A stretch of 63,863 nucleotides of DNA, the filler included. It is 4 parts of 4 records of this genome, joined end to end, with 100 filler letters (N's around TTAATTAATTAA, not from the genome) between each part and the next. Parts side by side here need not be neighbours in the genome. Positions count along the whole stretch, not along the records: positions 1 to 18,741 come from SRR20825019_2121; 3 more parts are not named here. The stretch is one strand, 5' to 3'. The notes under the pieces were generated by a model. It had not been told where the DNA came from. It saw only the letters and a program-made list of their open reading frames with translations, and did not search any database. This document shows positions 1 through 10,472 of the stretch, piece after piece; positions within the stretch are counted from its first letter, which is position 1; every line of letters begins with the position of its first letter. The translations under genes and the position numbers were made by a program.

Positions 1-191
1 TGAATGTGGAAAGCTGGAAATCAGGAAACCAATCCAATGTTTTCAACACTGTAGATCGCTGATCACTCAAAGACCAGAGTCTGCTTCCGGGAAACCTCCT
101 AAACGATGCCCAGCCCTTTTGATTGCCGCAAACCTGATGACCTGAAACTCCGGTCCGGGCTATTTTCCTGTTTTCCTGATTTCCACATTTA
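1..191. repeat. Inverted-repeat-bounded ~190 bp element (GGAAANCAG-type arms)
   Basis: 1-28 TGAATGTGGAAAGCTGGAAATCAGGAAA is a near-perfect inverted copy of 164-191 TTTCCTGTTTTCCTGATTTCCACATTTA. Confidence 0.65.
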
Positions 192-214
192 ACAAATCCT
201 CCATATTTTCAGAC

Positions 215-826
215 ATGTCATCCCCCGCTTCCCGGCTAGAACAGCAAATGGCCTTCATTATTGAGGCCGACAAACTCAAGGAGGTCTTTCGGCAAACCAT
301 CCTCACGCAGAGCCGCCGCGACGAAAACAGCGCAGAGCACAGTTGGCACTTTGCCCTGATGATCATCACCCTGGCCGAGCATTCCAATCACCAGCCGCTC
401 GACGTGCTCCGCGTTCTCAAGATGGTGCTGATCCACGACCTCGTGGAAATCGACGCCGGCGATACGTTTGCCTATGACACTAAAAACATGGCTGATCAGC
501 ACGAACGCGAATCCCTCGCCGCCGATCGCATCTTTGGACTCTTACCCGCAGATCAGGCCAAGGAATACCGCGTGCTCTGGGACGAATTCGAAGCGATGGA
601 CACCCCCGAATCCCGATTCGCCGCCGCGTGCGACCGGTTTCATCCGATGCTTCTCAACTGCCTGACCCAGGGCCACGCCTGGCAAAAACACGGGATCACG
701 GCCGACCGCGTGAGAGCACGCAATCAACATATGCAGAACGGCTCCACGGGACTTTGGGACTACGCATTAAAAATGATCGACCAAGCTGTCAGCCAAGGAC
801 ATCTCCCCGACGCCCCCCAAGCATAG
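215..826 (+). CDS. HD-domain phosphohydrolase (HDDC2/YfbR-like 5'-deoxynucleotidase family)
   Basis: Motifs ENSAEHSWH, HDLVEIDAGD, LWDEFE; 203 aa. Confidence 0.85.
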   Translation: MSSPASRLEQQMAFIIEADKLKEVFRQTILTQSRRDENSAEHSWHFALMIITLAEHSNHQPLDVLRVLKMVLIHDLVEIDAGDTFAYDTKNMADQHERESLAADRIFGLLPADQAKEYRVLWDEFEAMDTPESRFAAACDRFHPMLLNCLTQGHAWQKHGITADRVRARNQHMQNGSTGLWDYALKMIDQAVSQGHLPDAPQA

Positions 827-846
827 AGAGCACAGAATCAAACTGT

Positions 847-1007
847 GTGTCTCGCGACGCACGCGACGAGTTTATCGGAAATCGATCACGATTCGACACT
901 AGCGTCACATTCAAGTATTCCAAAAATTCAGATAGCAGAATACGACTCGACGAATCGAGCCGTCTCAACACCTCCATGCAACTCGTCGCGGCCGTCTCGC
1001 GACGCAC
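847..1007. repeat. REPIN/MITE-like element, copy 1
   Basis: Left arm GTGTCTCGCGACGCACGCGACGAG (847-870); degenerate inverted arm from 982 (CTCGTCGCG...); same arms at 4179-4361. Confidence 0.7.
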
Positions 1008-1010
1008 CGA

Positions 1011-1964
1011 TCACTCCACCGGTAGGATGTTACCATTCTCGTCGTAAAAGAGCTCCTTCACCTTGACGCTACGCAGATTGTTCTTGCCGCCTGACAAAGA
1101 CGAATCGTGGTGGAAGAGAAACCAGCGTCCCTGATGCTCCACTATCGAGTGATGCGTGGTCCAGCCGAGAACGGGTTCAAGAAATCGTCCTTGATAAGTA
1201 AACGGTCCGCGCGGATTCGTGCCGGTCGCATAAACCAAATAATGCGTGTCGCCGGTTGAATACGAAAGATAATAGAGCCCATCCTTCTTGTGCATCCACG
1301 CGCCCTCAAAAAAACGGCGATCATGATCATCAGCTCGAATCGCCTCACCCTTTTCGTCGAATATCTGGAACTCGGAAATCTCGTCCTCAATTTCCAGCAT
1401 ATCCTCCGTGAGTTTGGCCACCCGTCCATTGATCGCCGGTCCTTCGGTCGGCTCCTTACCTTCCGGATCATGCCGACCACCGGGCCATTCCTGGAGTTGC
1501 CCGCCCCAGAGTCCGCCGAAATATAAATAAGCCGAACCATCGTCATCCTCAAACACCGCCGGATCGATTGAATAGCTCCCCTTGATTGGTTCGGGCTGCG
1601 CAACGAACGGCCCTTCGGGACGATCACTCACGCCCACGCCAATCCGGAACATTCCCTCATGATCTCGCGCCGGAAAATAAAGATAATACTTACCGTTCTT
1701 ACAGGCCGCATCGGGAGCCCAAAGCTGCTTACTCGCCCAGGGAACATCCGCCAAGGTCAGCGCCACGCCGTGATCCGTCACTTCGCCATCCACGTTATCC
1801 ATTGAGAACACGTGGTAGTCATCCATCTCATACTGACTCCCGAGATCGTCATCCGGAATTCCCTTATCCACGTCATGCGACGGATAGACATAAAGCCGTC
1901 CCTCAAAAACATGGGCAGAGGGATCAGCAGTATAAAGATGGGTAATCAGGGGTTGGTCAGACAT
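1011..1964 (-). CDS. Glycoside hydrolase family 43 beta-xylosidase/alpha-L-arabinofuranosidase (cytoplasmic, GH43_1-like)
   Basis: ADPSAHVF, WAPDAA, SIDPAVF, RFFEGAW, GWTTHHS motifs; no signal peptide. Confidence 0.92.
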   Translation of the reverse strand: MSDQPLITHLYTADPSAHVFEGRLYVYPSHDVDKGIPDDDLGSQYEMDDYHVFSMDNVDGEVTDHGVALTLADVPWASKQLWAPDAACKNGKYYLYFPARDHEGMFRIGVGVSDRPEGPFVAQPEPIKGSYSIDPAVFEDDDGSAYLYFGGLWGGQLQEWPGGRHDPEGKEPTEGPAINGRVAKLTEDMLEIEDEISEFQIFDEKGEAIRADDHDRRFFEGAWMHKKDGLYYLSYSTGDTHYLVYATGTNPRGPFTYQGRFLEPVLGWTTHHSIVEHQGRWFLFHHDSSLSGGKNNLRSVKVKELFYDENGNILPVE

Positions 1965-2063
1965 CCTGAAAAGGCTTTGGCGGCTCTAGCTCATTGGCTA
2001 GCTATAAATGCCCAATCATCATTCCAAACTTGCGCAACATCGACTGCTAAGATCTTCCGAAGA

Positions 2064-2315
2064 TCAGGAAAATTCCATTACAAGGATCATTGTAACCGGT
2101 ATGGATACCCAACCAATGATGCCAGCCCTGATAGAGTATTTCGTGGGTATACAATGCACAATAACATAACCCAAAATACATATAGCAGCTACAGAATACG
2201 CCAATACCTTTACCGATAATGAAGCTCCAAACAGATAGGCAAATAAATGCCCGACCGGAAAGAGCACGCCTAGCGCAATTAGAAATTGAGCCGCTGACAA
2301 TTTATTGGACTTCAC
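2064..2315 (-). CDS. Small hypothetical membrane protein (about 3 TM helices)
   Basis: 83 aa hydrophobic ORF starting 3 bp after the dGTPase stop; AT-richer than its neighbours. Confidence 0.5.
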   Translation of the reverse strand: MKSNKLSAAQFLIALGVLFPVGHLFAYLFGASLSVKVLAYSVAAICILGYVIVHCIPTKYSIRAGIIGWVSIPVTMILVMEFS

Positions 2316-2318
2316 TTT

Positions 2319-3587
2319 TTAGCTTAAATCACGAATCGATCCAAACTCGGGATCAAATAGGCGCCGATAGGTGTGAACGATCGTGCCATCGGTCAGGCCG
2401 CAAAGGTAGTCACAGATCCGGCGCGCTTTTTCCTGACGCGTCTTGGCAGTGTCGATCAAACGCCCCACATGGGGCGGTAAAATATTGATCACCCGCGCTC
2501 CCTTATCGACATAGTTTCGCCAGATGGAATCCCACAGATCGAACAGCACGCGGCGGGCCTTGTGCTCCATTTGCTGGAGCTGCGGGCTTTCAAAAATGAT
2601 GTCGTTGGCCATTGCCTTGAAAAACAGGGCTTCCTTTTGGGCTGATTCATCGACGACGAGATCGTAGCGATAACGATTCGTCTGACTGGCCATAAAGTTG
2701 TCCCGCTTACGCAGACGGCAGGCCTGAATAAACCCGCCCACCCGGGCCCCGAAAATGCCTTCGAGCCGATCCGTGCGCATCGCATGAAAGAGTCGGTCGA
2801 GATGCTGCTGTTCCTCGGTGCCAATCGCCTGATCACTCGCCCAATCTTCGATACTGCGATTGGTGAGAAATCCCGCCTTCACTCCATCGACGATGTCGTT
2901 GAGCGAATAGGCGGCATCGTCGGCCCAATCCATAATCTGACACTCGATACTCTTGAATTCATTGAGAGCCTCACCCTTGTGCAGCGAGGAAGATATCTTC
3001 GCGCCGCCGAAGACAAACTCACGACTGGAGACCTGGGGGTCGTAGATGAAATGATTCTGCGGAGGCTTCGAAAATTCGCCGAATAGCTTTTTGTATTTCA
3101 ACACTCCATCAAGCAGTGCCCGGGTCGGTCGCATCCCGCGCACCCCTTTCTCATTTTGAAAAATAGTCGCCGTGAGCAAATGGAGCGTCTGGGCATTACC
3201 TTCGAACCCACCCCACTTCGTCATTAATTCCTGCAAGGTGCGTTCGCCGGAATGACCAAATGGCGGATGCCCCAAATCATGAGCCAGACAGCTCGCCTCG
3301 ACCAAATCGCTATCGATGTAAAAGTCACTTTTGAGCATGCCCTGCTGCGTGCGCAGGAAGTGGCAAATCGAACGGCCGATCGCCGACACTTCGATGGAAT
3401 GTGTGAGACGCGTGCGGTAGAAATCATATTCGCCCGATAAAAATACCTGCGTCTTCGATTGGAGTTTCCGAAACGCGTGCGAATGGATAATCCGATCGCG
3501 GTCGATTTGAAACGGGCTGCGGTAATCTGTTTTGCGATCACCACCAAAGGACTCAAAATCGAACGCGTTGTAGAACCGGTTTTCCAT
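2319..3587 (-). CDS. dgt: dGTP triphosphohydrolase
   Basis: RSPFQIDRDRI, FRKLQSKTQV, RTRLTHSIEV, LAHDLGHPPFGHSGE, FEGNAQT; start placed at MENRFY. Confidence 0.93.
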   Translation of the reverse strand: MENRFYNAFDFESFGGDRKTDYRSPFQIDRDRIIHSHAFRKLQSKTQVFLSGEYDFYRTRLTHSIEVSAIGRSICHFLRTQQGMLKSDFYIDSDLVEASCLAHDLGHPPFGHSGERTLQELMTKWGGFEGNAQTLHLLTATIFQNEKGVRGMRPTRALLDGVLKYKKLFGEFSKPPQNHFIYDPQVSSREFVFGGAKISSSLHKGEALNEFKSIECQIMDWADDAAYSLNDIVDGVKAGFLTNRSIEDWASDQAIGTEEQQHLDRLFHAMRTDRLEGIFGARVGGFIQACRLRKRDNFMASQTNRYRYDLVVDESAQKEALFFKAMANDIIFESPQLQQMEHKARRVLFDLWDSIWRNYVDKGARVINILPPHVGRLIDTAKTRQEKARRICDYLCGLTDGTIVHTYRRLFDPEFGSIRDLS

Positions 3588-3643
3588 GGGTGTTGCCTTT
3601 GATCGCAATACGGGCTTGCCTGCGTGGCAAACCCCAATCCCGG

Positions 3644-4141
3644 ATGACTGATACGACTTTCAAGACCTCCATTGGAACCTGCGGCCTCGAGTGGAATGAG
3701 GTGGGCCTGACTGCCTTTCACTTGCCAAGCGATCACCGTGGATCGATCGGTGTCACTAGAAACAACCCGGCACCGGACTGGATCGATGCCATTATCGACC
3801 GGGTCCAACGCCATCTGAATCGCGATTGGCAGGACTTTTCCGATCTCAATTACGACTTTACTGATACGGGTGATTTCCCTCGGGAAGTCTATGCCGCGAC
3901 CTTGAAAATCAAACCCGGCGCAACCTGCAGTTACGGTGATATCGCCAATGCCCTGAATCGCCCAGCGGGAGCAAGTCGCGCGATCGGCACGGCACTCGGT
4001 GCCAATCCCTGGCCACTGCTAATCCCCTGCCATCGTGTCGTCGCCAGCAATGGTAAGATGACCGGATTTTCCGGCCCCGGTGGAATCAAAACCAAGCTCC
4101 GCCTCCTTGCCCTCGAAGGGGCCCAGCTCTTTGCGGAATAA
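3644..4141 (+). CDS. ogt: Methylated-DNA--protein-cysteine methyltransferase
   Basis: SYGDIA, SRAIGTA, active-site IPCHRVV. Confidence 0.92.
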   Translation: MTDTTFKTSIGTCGLEWNEVGLTAFHLPSDHRGSIGVTRNNPAPDWIDAIIDRVQRHLNRDWQDFSDLNYDFTDTGDFPREVYAATLKIKPGATCSYGDIANALNRPAGASRAIGTALGANPWPLLIPCHRVVASNGKMTGFSGPGGIKTKLRLLALEGAQLFAE

Positions 4142-4178
4142 AGCGACAGATCCCGGCGAGAGAAAATGGACGGAATAG

Positions 4179-4361
4179 GTCTCTCGACGCACGCGACGGG
4201 TCTGATGGGCTGCGGACGAATATCACTATTCGATTCGTTGTTGCCGCTTGGGATCCCTATTTTACCCGGTGATTCCAAAAACAAGACGAAGAGGTAAACT
4301 TGCCGCCTAGCCCAAGTCGTCGCCAACCACATGCCATCTCGTCGCGTGTGTCGCGAGACAC
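4179..4361. repeat. REPIN/MITE-like element, copy 2
   Basis: GTCTCTCGACGCACGCGACG (4179-) and inverted CTCGTCGCGTGTGTCGCGAGACAC (4338-4361); the latter matches the 847-870 arm at 23/24. Confidence 0.75.
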
Positions 4362-4452
4362 TTAGCTTGAATCAGTGGTTATTAAAAGCGATTTCAGCTT
4401 AGGAGTTGTTATGGGCGAATAGGCCGACACATTGTTCAGATAATCCACGACC

Positions 4453-5502
4453 ATGCCTAAACCAACCATGCACGCCATTGCCAAGCTCACTCCCGCCCCC
4501 GGTGTGTCATTAACCGAAGTGCCCGTGCCTAAACCGGGTATCAATGACGTGCTCATTAAGATCAAACAGACGTCGATCTGTGGCACGGATGTGCACATTT
4601 ACAATTGGGACAACTGGGCGCATGAAACGATCAAGCCACCAATGGTGATCGGACACGAATTTGTGGGCACGATCGAAGAAGTCGGCGATAATGTCGTCGC
4701 GTTTAAGAAAGGCGATCTCGTCGATGGCGAGGGCCACATCGTCTGCGGGAATTGTCGCAACTGTCACGCCGGACGGCGCCATCTTTGTCGCGATTCTAAA
4801 GGTGTGGGCGTGAACCGTGATGGTGCATTTGCCGAATACCTCTGCATCCCTGCGAGCAATGCGGTGAAGGTTGATCCGTCGATTCCGCTCGATGTCCTCT
4901 CGTGTTTCGATCCACTCGGCAACGCCACCCACACTGCTTTGCAATACGATCTCGTTGGCGAAGACGTGCTCGTCACCGGCGCCGGGCCGATCGGCTGTAT
5001 GGCCGTTGCGATCGCGAAGCACTGTGGCGCGCGCAAAATCGTGGTGACGGATGTAAATGCGGATCGTCTCGCGCTCGCCAAAAAAATGGGTGCCACACGC
5101 ACAGTCGATGTGACCAAAGAGAAGCTCGTCGATGTGCAGAAAGACATTGGGATGCGCGAAGGGTTCGACGTCGGCTTGGAAATGTCCGGAAACCCACAGG
5201 CGTTGAATGACATGATCGATAATATGGCCCACGGCGGCCGGATTGCCCTCCTCGGGATCATGCCTTCAACCGCAGCCGTTAACTGGAACAAGATTGTTTT
5301 CAACATGCTCACACTCAAAGGCATCTACGGCCGCGAGATGTATGAGACCTGGTATAAAATGACCTCGATGATCCAGAGTGGTCTCGATATCTCCCCCGTC
5401 ATCACCCACCATTTTCACTACACCGATTTCCAGGAAGCCTTCGATCTGATGCGCTCCGGCAAGAGCGGGAAAATCGTCCTAAACTGGGAGAAGCAAACAT
5501 GA
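4453..5502 (+). CDS. tdh: L-threonine 3-dehydrogenase
   Basis: [18 protein letters not shown], CxxCxxC zinc site, GAGPIG; overlaps kbl. Confidence 0.97.
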   Translation: MPKPTMHAIAKLTPAPGVSLTEVPVPKPGINDVLIKIKQTSICGTDVHIYNWDNWAHETIKPPMVIGHEFVGTIEEVGDNVVAFKKGDLVDGEGHIVCGNCRNCHAGRRHLCRDSKGVGVNRDGAFAEYLCIPASNAVKVDPSIPLDVLSCFDPLGNATHTALQYDLVGEDVLVTGAGPIGCMAVAIAKHCGARKIVVTDVNADRLALAKKMGATRTVDVTKEKLVDVQKDIGMREGFDVGLEMSGNPQALNDMIDNMAHGGRIALLGIMPSTAAVNWNKIVFNMLTLKGIYGREMYETWYKMTSMIQSGLDISPVITHHFHYTDFQEAFDLMRSGKSGKIVLNWEKQT

Positions 5503-6689
5503 CCCCGGAATACCAAGCCCATCTCGAAAAGACTCTCGGCGAAATCAAAGACGCCGGACTCTACAAACAGGAGCGCATCATCACCACGCAGCAATCTGCC
5601 CACATTGCGGTCGCGAGCGGTCAGAAAGTGCTGAACATGTGCGCCAACAATTACCTGGGCCTCGCCGACAATCCCGAGCTGATCGACTCAGCTCGCGATT
5701 CGCTGGATCGTTGGGGATATGGACTTGCCTCGGTGCGGTTCATCTGCGGCACGCAACAGTTGCACAAAGATCTCGAACAGGCCGTCTCCACGTTTCTGGG
5801 GATGGAAGATACGATCCTTTACACCTCCTGTTTCGATGCCAATGGCGGTCTCTTCGAGACGCTCCTGAGCAAAGAAGATGCGGTGATTTCCGACGAACTG
5901 AACCATGCTTCGATCATCGATGGCGTGCGCCTCTGCAAGGCTCAGCGCTACCGCTATAAGAATAACAATCTCGAGGATCTCGAAGCCAAGCTAAAGGAAG
6001 CCAATGCGAACAACGCGCGCTTTAAGCTGATCGCCACCGACGGCGTATTCTCGATGGATGGCTTCATCGCCGATCTCAAGGGCATCTGCGATCTGGCCGA
6101 TAAATACGGTGCACTCGTGATGGTCGATGACAGTCATTCGGTGGGCTTCATGGGCAAGACCGGACGCGGCACCCACGAACATTGTGGCGTGATGGATCGC
6201 GTGGATATTATTACCGGGACACTCGGTAAAGCTCTCGGCGGCGCAAGCGGTGGTTATACGAGCGCCCGCCAGCCGATCATTGATCTGCTGCGTCAACGCT
6301 CCCGCCCCTACCTGTTTTCCAATACGATCGCGCCGACCATCGCCGCCGCTTCCATCAAGTGCCTGGAACTACTCAGTCGTTCAACCGAGCTCCGCGACAG
6401 ACTCGAAGCTAATACCCGCTTCTTCCGCGAAGGGCTCACCAGGGCCGGACTCACGATCCAACCCGGCACCCACCCGATCGTGCCGGTAATGCTCGGCGAC
6501 GCGGCGCTCTCTCAAAAATTCGCAGCCCGCATGCTCGAAAAAGGCATCTACGTGATCGGCTTCTTTTATCCCGTCGTGCCCCAGGGCACGGCGCGAATCC
6601 GCACGCAAGTTTCCGCCGCTCACAGCCGGGAGGATCTCGAGTTTGCGATTGAGAAATTTGCCGAGGTAAAAGAAGAACTCGGTCTCTAA
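5499..6689 (+). CDS. kbl: Glycine C-acetyltransferase (2-amino-3-ketobutyrate CoA ligase)
   Basis: [42 protein letters not shown]. Confidence 0.97.
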   Translation: MTPEYQAHLEKTLGEIKDAGLYKQERIITTQQSAHIAVASGQKVLNMCANNYLGLADNPELIDSARDSLDRWGYGLASVRFICGTQQLHKDLEQAVSTFLGMEDTILYTSCFDANGGLFETLLSKEDAVISDELNHASIIDGVRLCKAQRYRYKNNNLEDLEAKLKEANANNARFKLIATDGVFSMDGFIADLKGICDLADKYGALVMVDDSHSVGFMGKTGRGTHEHCGVMDRVDIITGTLGKALGGASGGYTSARQPIIDLLRQRSRPYLFSNTIAPTIAAASIKCLELLSRSTELRDRLEANTRFFREGLTRAGLTIQPGTHPIVPVMLGDAALSQKFAARMLEKGIYVIGFFYPVVPQGTARIRTQVSAAHSREDLEFAIEKFAEVKEELGL

Positions 6690-7102
6690 TGCCCCTCACT
6701 TCCGCCCAGTTAAAGAAACTCACCAGCGAAGCCCGTGCGGCCTCGCAGCGCGCCTACGCACCGTATTCGAAATTCAAGGTCGGCGCCGCCATCCTCACAA
6801 AATCCGGAAACGTTTATACCGGATGCAATGTGGAGAATGCTTCCTATGGGTTATGCAACTGCGCGGAACGCACCGCAATTTTTAGCGCGATCGCGGCCGG
6901 CGAAAAGAAACCTGATCTACAATGCGTCGTGGTTTACACGCCGACAGCGAAGGCGACCGCGCCCTGCGGAGCCTGCCGTCAGGTCATCTTCGAGTTTGGC
7001 CGGAGGACTCAAGTAATCTCCATCTGCCGCACCAAGGATCGTCAGGATCATCTGATCACGGAACTCCTGCCGAAGGCGTTTGGTCCAGCCGATCTAATCT
7101 AA
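6689..7102 (+). CDS. cdd: Cytidine deaminase (homotetrameric type)
   Basis: AYAPYSKFKVGAA, NVENASY, CAER, PCGACRQ. Confidence 0.95.
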   Translation: MPLTSAQLKKLTSEARAASQRAYAPYSKFKVGAAILTKSGNVYTGCNVENASYGLCNCAERTAIFSAIAAGEKKPDLQCVVVYTPTAKATAPCGACRQVIFEFGRRTQVISICRTKDRQDHLITELLPKAFGPADLI

Positions 7103-7873
7103 GGTTTGGGTAAAGCGGTCCAGGGTCTGCCAATAAGCAGGGCCGGCCCCATCCATCACGTCGTTGTGACCGGCGGTTGGAATCCAAAAATGCTGTTTAG
7201 GATCAGGAGCTGCTTCAAAGAGCTTGGCCCCGTGAGAGAATGGCACGATCCGGTCATCCTCTCCATGCATCACCAGAGTAGGACATTTCACCGAGTCGAT
7301 CTTCGCGAGATTATCAAATTTATCAAACGGCAGAATTTTTATACCGGTCACCACCCGAAACGCACTGGTGAATGCCGATTCCAAGATCAAACCTCCAATC
7401 GTTTCCCGCGATGCCAATTCCACAGCGGGGGCTCCGCCGATAGAGCGTCCGTAGGCAATCATTCTTTCCGGCTGAATATTAAGGTGCGAAACCAAATAGC
7501 GAAATCCCCATCGGGTTGTCCCATAGAATCCCTCTTCGGACGGCTGACCTGAGTTGAGACCATACCCGGGATACTCCACCGCAAAGACCGCGTATCCCTT
7601 TTCATGAAAAGCCTTCAGCCGCAGTTCCAAATCACCAAGATCTTCCGCATTACCATGAAAATACCAGAGGAGATGTTTGGCTTGCGGATTCGGTAAATAC
7701 AGTGCGGCACAAGTCTCATGCCCATCAGCAGGGATTCTCACAAACCCCGCAGGCTTTCGCATAGAACCATAGCCTGGATGAAAGAGCCGAGCATCCGATC
7801 CCCGCCATGCATAGGCCATGAGTATTCCGTATCCAATCAGAAGTAACAGAATGACCAACAGCCAGAATTTCAC
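7094..7873 (-). CDS. Alpha/beta hydrolase (ABHD17/BEM46-like) with N-terminal anchor
   Basis: FHGNAEDL, YPGYG, GRSIGG nucleophile, HGEDD, AGHND. Confidence 0.88.
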   Translation of the reverse strand: MKFWLLVILLLLIGYGILMAYAWRGSDARLFHPGYGSMRKPAGFVRIPADGHETCAALYLPNPQAKHLLWYFHGNAEDLGDLELRLKAFHEKGYAVFAVEYPGYGLNSGQPSEEGFYGTTRWGFRYLVSHLNIQPERMIAYGRSIGGAPAVELASRETIGGLILESAFTSAFRVVTGIKILPFDKFDNLAKIDSVKCPTLVMHGEDDRIVPFSHGAKLFEAAPDPKQHFWIPTAGHNDVMDGAGPAYWQTLDRFTQTLD

Positions 7874-7883
7874 AACGTGGAGC

Positions 7884-9194
7884 CTACCGAGTCAGTGTAT
7901 CGCGCACCGCCGTGACAATCTCGTTGAGCGGCACTTCGCGTTCGGAACGATCGGAGAGATCGCGAATTTTCACCACGCCTTTGGCGAGTTCGTCGCCACC
8001 GTAGATTATCGCCAGCTTCGCTCCTGATTCACTCGCCGCTTTGAACTGTTTTCCAAACGCGACTTCCTTCATCGGATAGTCCACGCGGAAACCGGCAGAG
8101 CGAAGAGATTGAATACCGGCAAATGCCGCGGAGCGCTCAACTTCGCCTCCGATCACACAATAGACATCACTGGCCTGAATCATTTCAGGCATCAGACCGC
8201 GTTGTTCGAGCAGAAGAGCAAACGTCATGTCACCCATGCCAAAGCCCACGGCAGGTAAAGAAGGCCCTCCCAGCTTTTCCACCAGATCATCGTAGCGCCC
8301 GCCTCCGGCGATCGCCCGCAGTTCCCCTTTCCGATCAAAAGCTTCAAAAACAAAACCCGTGTAATACGCCAAACCGCGCACCACCCCCAGATCGACTTCC
8401 ACGAATTTCGTCAGCCCCATCGCCTCGATCCCGCCAAGAAATTTGCGCCAATCAGCCATGCGTTCCGTAAGTTTTTCATCACCGATTCCGCCCAGCGTTT
8501 CTTCCAGAGCCGAGAGTGATTTGATCTGCAGGAAGGCAAGCACCTTGGCTTTGATCGATTCGTCCAAGGCACCGAATTCCTCGGTATAGGCTTTGAACGC
8601 CTCGTCACCATATTTTTCGTAACGATCCACCGCTCCCAAAACCGCACGTATTTTTGCATCATCCAAACCGAGTGCGCCGAGGTAGTAGAACCAGAGGTTG
8701 CGATCACTCAGCCGAATATAGAAATCCTCCTCGGTCAGCCCGAAGGAGCCCAGGCACTGCGTGAGGAGCGCGATGATTTCAATCTCGGCTTCAACGCCGG
8801 CTTCGCCAAAAATATCGGCGTTGAGCTGATTGAAGCAGCGACCGCGGCCTTTTTGCATCCGTTCGTAGCGATAAAACTCCGCAATGCTAAACCACTTGAT
8901 GGGGCGCTTCAGGGCGTTGGCTTTGGCTCCGACCATCCGACCCACCGTAGGAGTCATTTCGGGACGCAGGGCAACCTCACGCCCGCCTTTGTCGGTAAAG
9001 CTGAACAACTGGGCTTCGATCTCATCACCCGACTTGGCTTTGTAAAGATCGAGCGGCTCGAGCACCGGCGCGTCATACTCGGAAAAACCGTAGTTGTTGG
9101 CGGTTTGTCTCCAGAGACGAAAAATGAAGTTCCGGCGCGCGAGTGCGTCGGGATAAAATTCACGAAAACCGGGCAGTGACTGAAACGTGGCCAT
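7884..9194 (-). CDS. hisS: Histidine--tRNA ligase
   Basis: LRPEMTP, RYERMQKGR, VRGLAYYTG, GGGRYDDL, anticodon-binding domain. Confidence 0.96.
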   Translation of the reverse strand: MATFQSLPGFREFYPDALARRNFIFRLWRQTANNYGFSEYDAPVLEPLDLYKAKSGDEIEAQLFSFTDKGGREVALRPEMTPTVGRMVGAKANALKRPIKWFSIAEFYRYERMQKGRGRCFNQLNADIFGEAGVEAEIEIIALLTQCLGSFGLTEEDFYIRLSDRNLWFYYLGALGLDDAKIRAVLGAVDRYEKYGDEAFKAYTEEFGALDESIKAKVLAFLQIKSLSALEETLGGIGDEKLTERMADWRKFLGGIEAMGLTKFVEVDLGVVRGLAYYTGFVFEAFDRKGELRAIAGGGRYDDLVEKLGGPSLPAVGFGMGDMTFALLLEQRGLMPEMIQASDVYCVIGGEVERSAAFAGIQSLRSAGFRVDYPMKEVAFGKQFKAASESGAKLAIIYGGDELAKGVVKIRDLSDRSEREVPLNEIVTAVRDTLTR

Positions 9195-9252
9195 GGGACG
9201 TGCGAAATTGCGGAGACGGGCGGAGGCGCGCCATCCTAAATTTCATCCGGAC

Positions 9253-9280
9253 AAAAAGAAGGCCGGACAAAGGTCCGGCC
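9253..9280 (-). terminator. Intrinsic terminator after the HU gene
   Basis: Stem GGCCGGAC/GTCCGGCC with 4-nt loop, followed by a T-rich run on the minus strand. Confidence 0.7.
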
Positions 9281-9302
9281 AAATCTTGCGAAAAGAACAG
9301 GT

Positions 9303-9638
9303 TTACTCGTCAACCGGCTCTGTCGATGGCTGTAAAGTAGCCAAGTCGATATTCTTCAATTGTTGCTTGAGAATCTTGCCGGATTTAAACTTCACCACCG
9401 CACGTTGTGGGATGACCACTTCGGCTTCAGGTTTGTTCGGATTACGGCCAATGCGGGATTTGCGGACTTGAACTTCAAGCACACCAAAGTTGCGCAACTC
9501 AACATTGCGGCCTTCGGCCAGTGCCTTTTGAATGATGTCGAGCGTCAGCTGGACAGTATCGACCACTTGCTTCTGGGGAAAGCCGGTCTTTTTGTAGATT
9601 TCGAGGACGATCTCTCGTTTCGTCAGATTGTTGGACAT
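9303..9638 (-). CDS. HU/IHF family DNA-binding protein
   Basis: LTKREI, VELRNFG, RIGRNP, VVKFKSG. Confidence 0.93.
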   Translation of the reverse strand: MSNNLTKREIVLEIYKKTGFPQKQVVDTVQLTLDIIQKALAEGRNVELRNFGVLEVQVRKSRIGRNPNKPEAEVVIPQRAVVKFKSGKILKQQLKNIDLATLQPSTEPVDE

Positions 9639-9770
9639 ATTTTTCCTTTCGCTTCTACATCCATGTAGGGGAGAACACCCCTAACCTATTTACAGTTCTG
9701 CGATTGCGTCAATGAATATGACTCGCATCGCCAATGAGCGAAAGTCAGCCTTTCTGATCCTATTTCAACC

Positions 9771-10472
9771 ATGCCAGATCCCGTAGCAGTCAATTCCATG
9801 TTTGGCCGTATCGCCCGCCGATACGATCTCGCAAACATCCTGCTGAGCGGCGGGATCGACCGCTACTGGCGACGGAGATTGGTCTCCGCTGTAAAGAACC
9901 AGACCCCCGAAGCGGTGCTCGATCTCGCCACCGGGAGTGGCGATGTCGCCTTCGCCTTATCTCGCAAGGTTTTGTCTGCCAACAGGATAGTCGGAATGGA
10001 TTTTTGCCAACCGATGCTTGACGAAGCAGTAATCAAACAAGCCAAAGTCTCCGATGATTCTGCTTCAAGAATCACTTTTCAGCAGGGCGACGGGCTCAAT
10101 CTGCCGCTCGAAGATCAGAGTTTTGATGCCGTCACCATCTCGTTTGGACTCCGGAATATGGCGGATCGACACCGCTCGCTCACCGAAATGCGACGCGTGC
10201 TCCGACCCGGCGGGCGGATGTATGTGCTCGAATTTTCTCAGCCGGATCCATGGTTTAAGCCCATCTATCTCTTCTATTTGCGCACCATTCTCCCTTCGAT
10301 CGCGGGGATCGTAACCAAAGATAAGGCCGCTTATGTCTATCTGAATGAGACGATCGAACAGTTCCCGAACCGCGTCGCCTTATCCGAAGAGATCAGAGCC
10401 GCCGGATTTTCGAGCGTGCGAGCTACCGGTCTCACCTTTGGTATCGTAGCCTTGCACGAGGCGCAGGTCTGA
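9771..10472 (+). CDS. ubiE: UbiE/MenG demethylmenaquinone methyltransferase
   Basis: MFGRIARRYDLAN, LDLATGSGD, ISFGLRN, RVLRPGG, LEFS. Confidence 0.92.
   Translation: MPDPVAVNSMFGRIARRYDLANILLSGGIDRYWRRRLVSAVKNQTPEAVLDLATGSGDVAFALSRKVLSANRIVGMDFCQPMLDEAVIKQAKVSDDSASRITFQQGDGLNLPLEDQSFDAVTISFGLRNMADRHRSLTEMRRVLRPGGRMYVLEFSQPDPWFKPIYLFYLRTILPSIAGIVTKDKAAYVYLNETIEQFPNRVALSEEIRAAGFSSVRATGLTFGIVALHEAQV

Noticed and set aside
2319..3587. dGTPase as an antiphage nucleotide-depletion system
   Set aside because: Housekeeping context (ogt, tdh-kbl), host-like composition and no defence-island genes nearby
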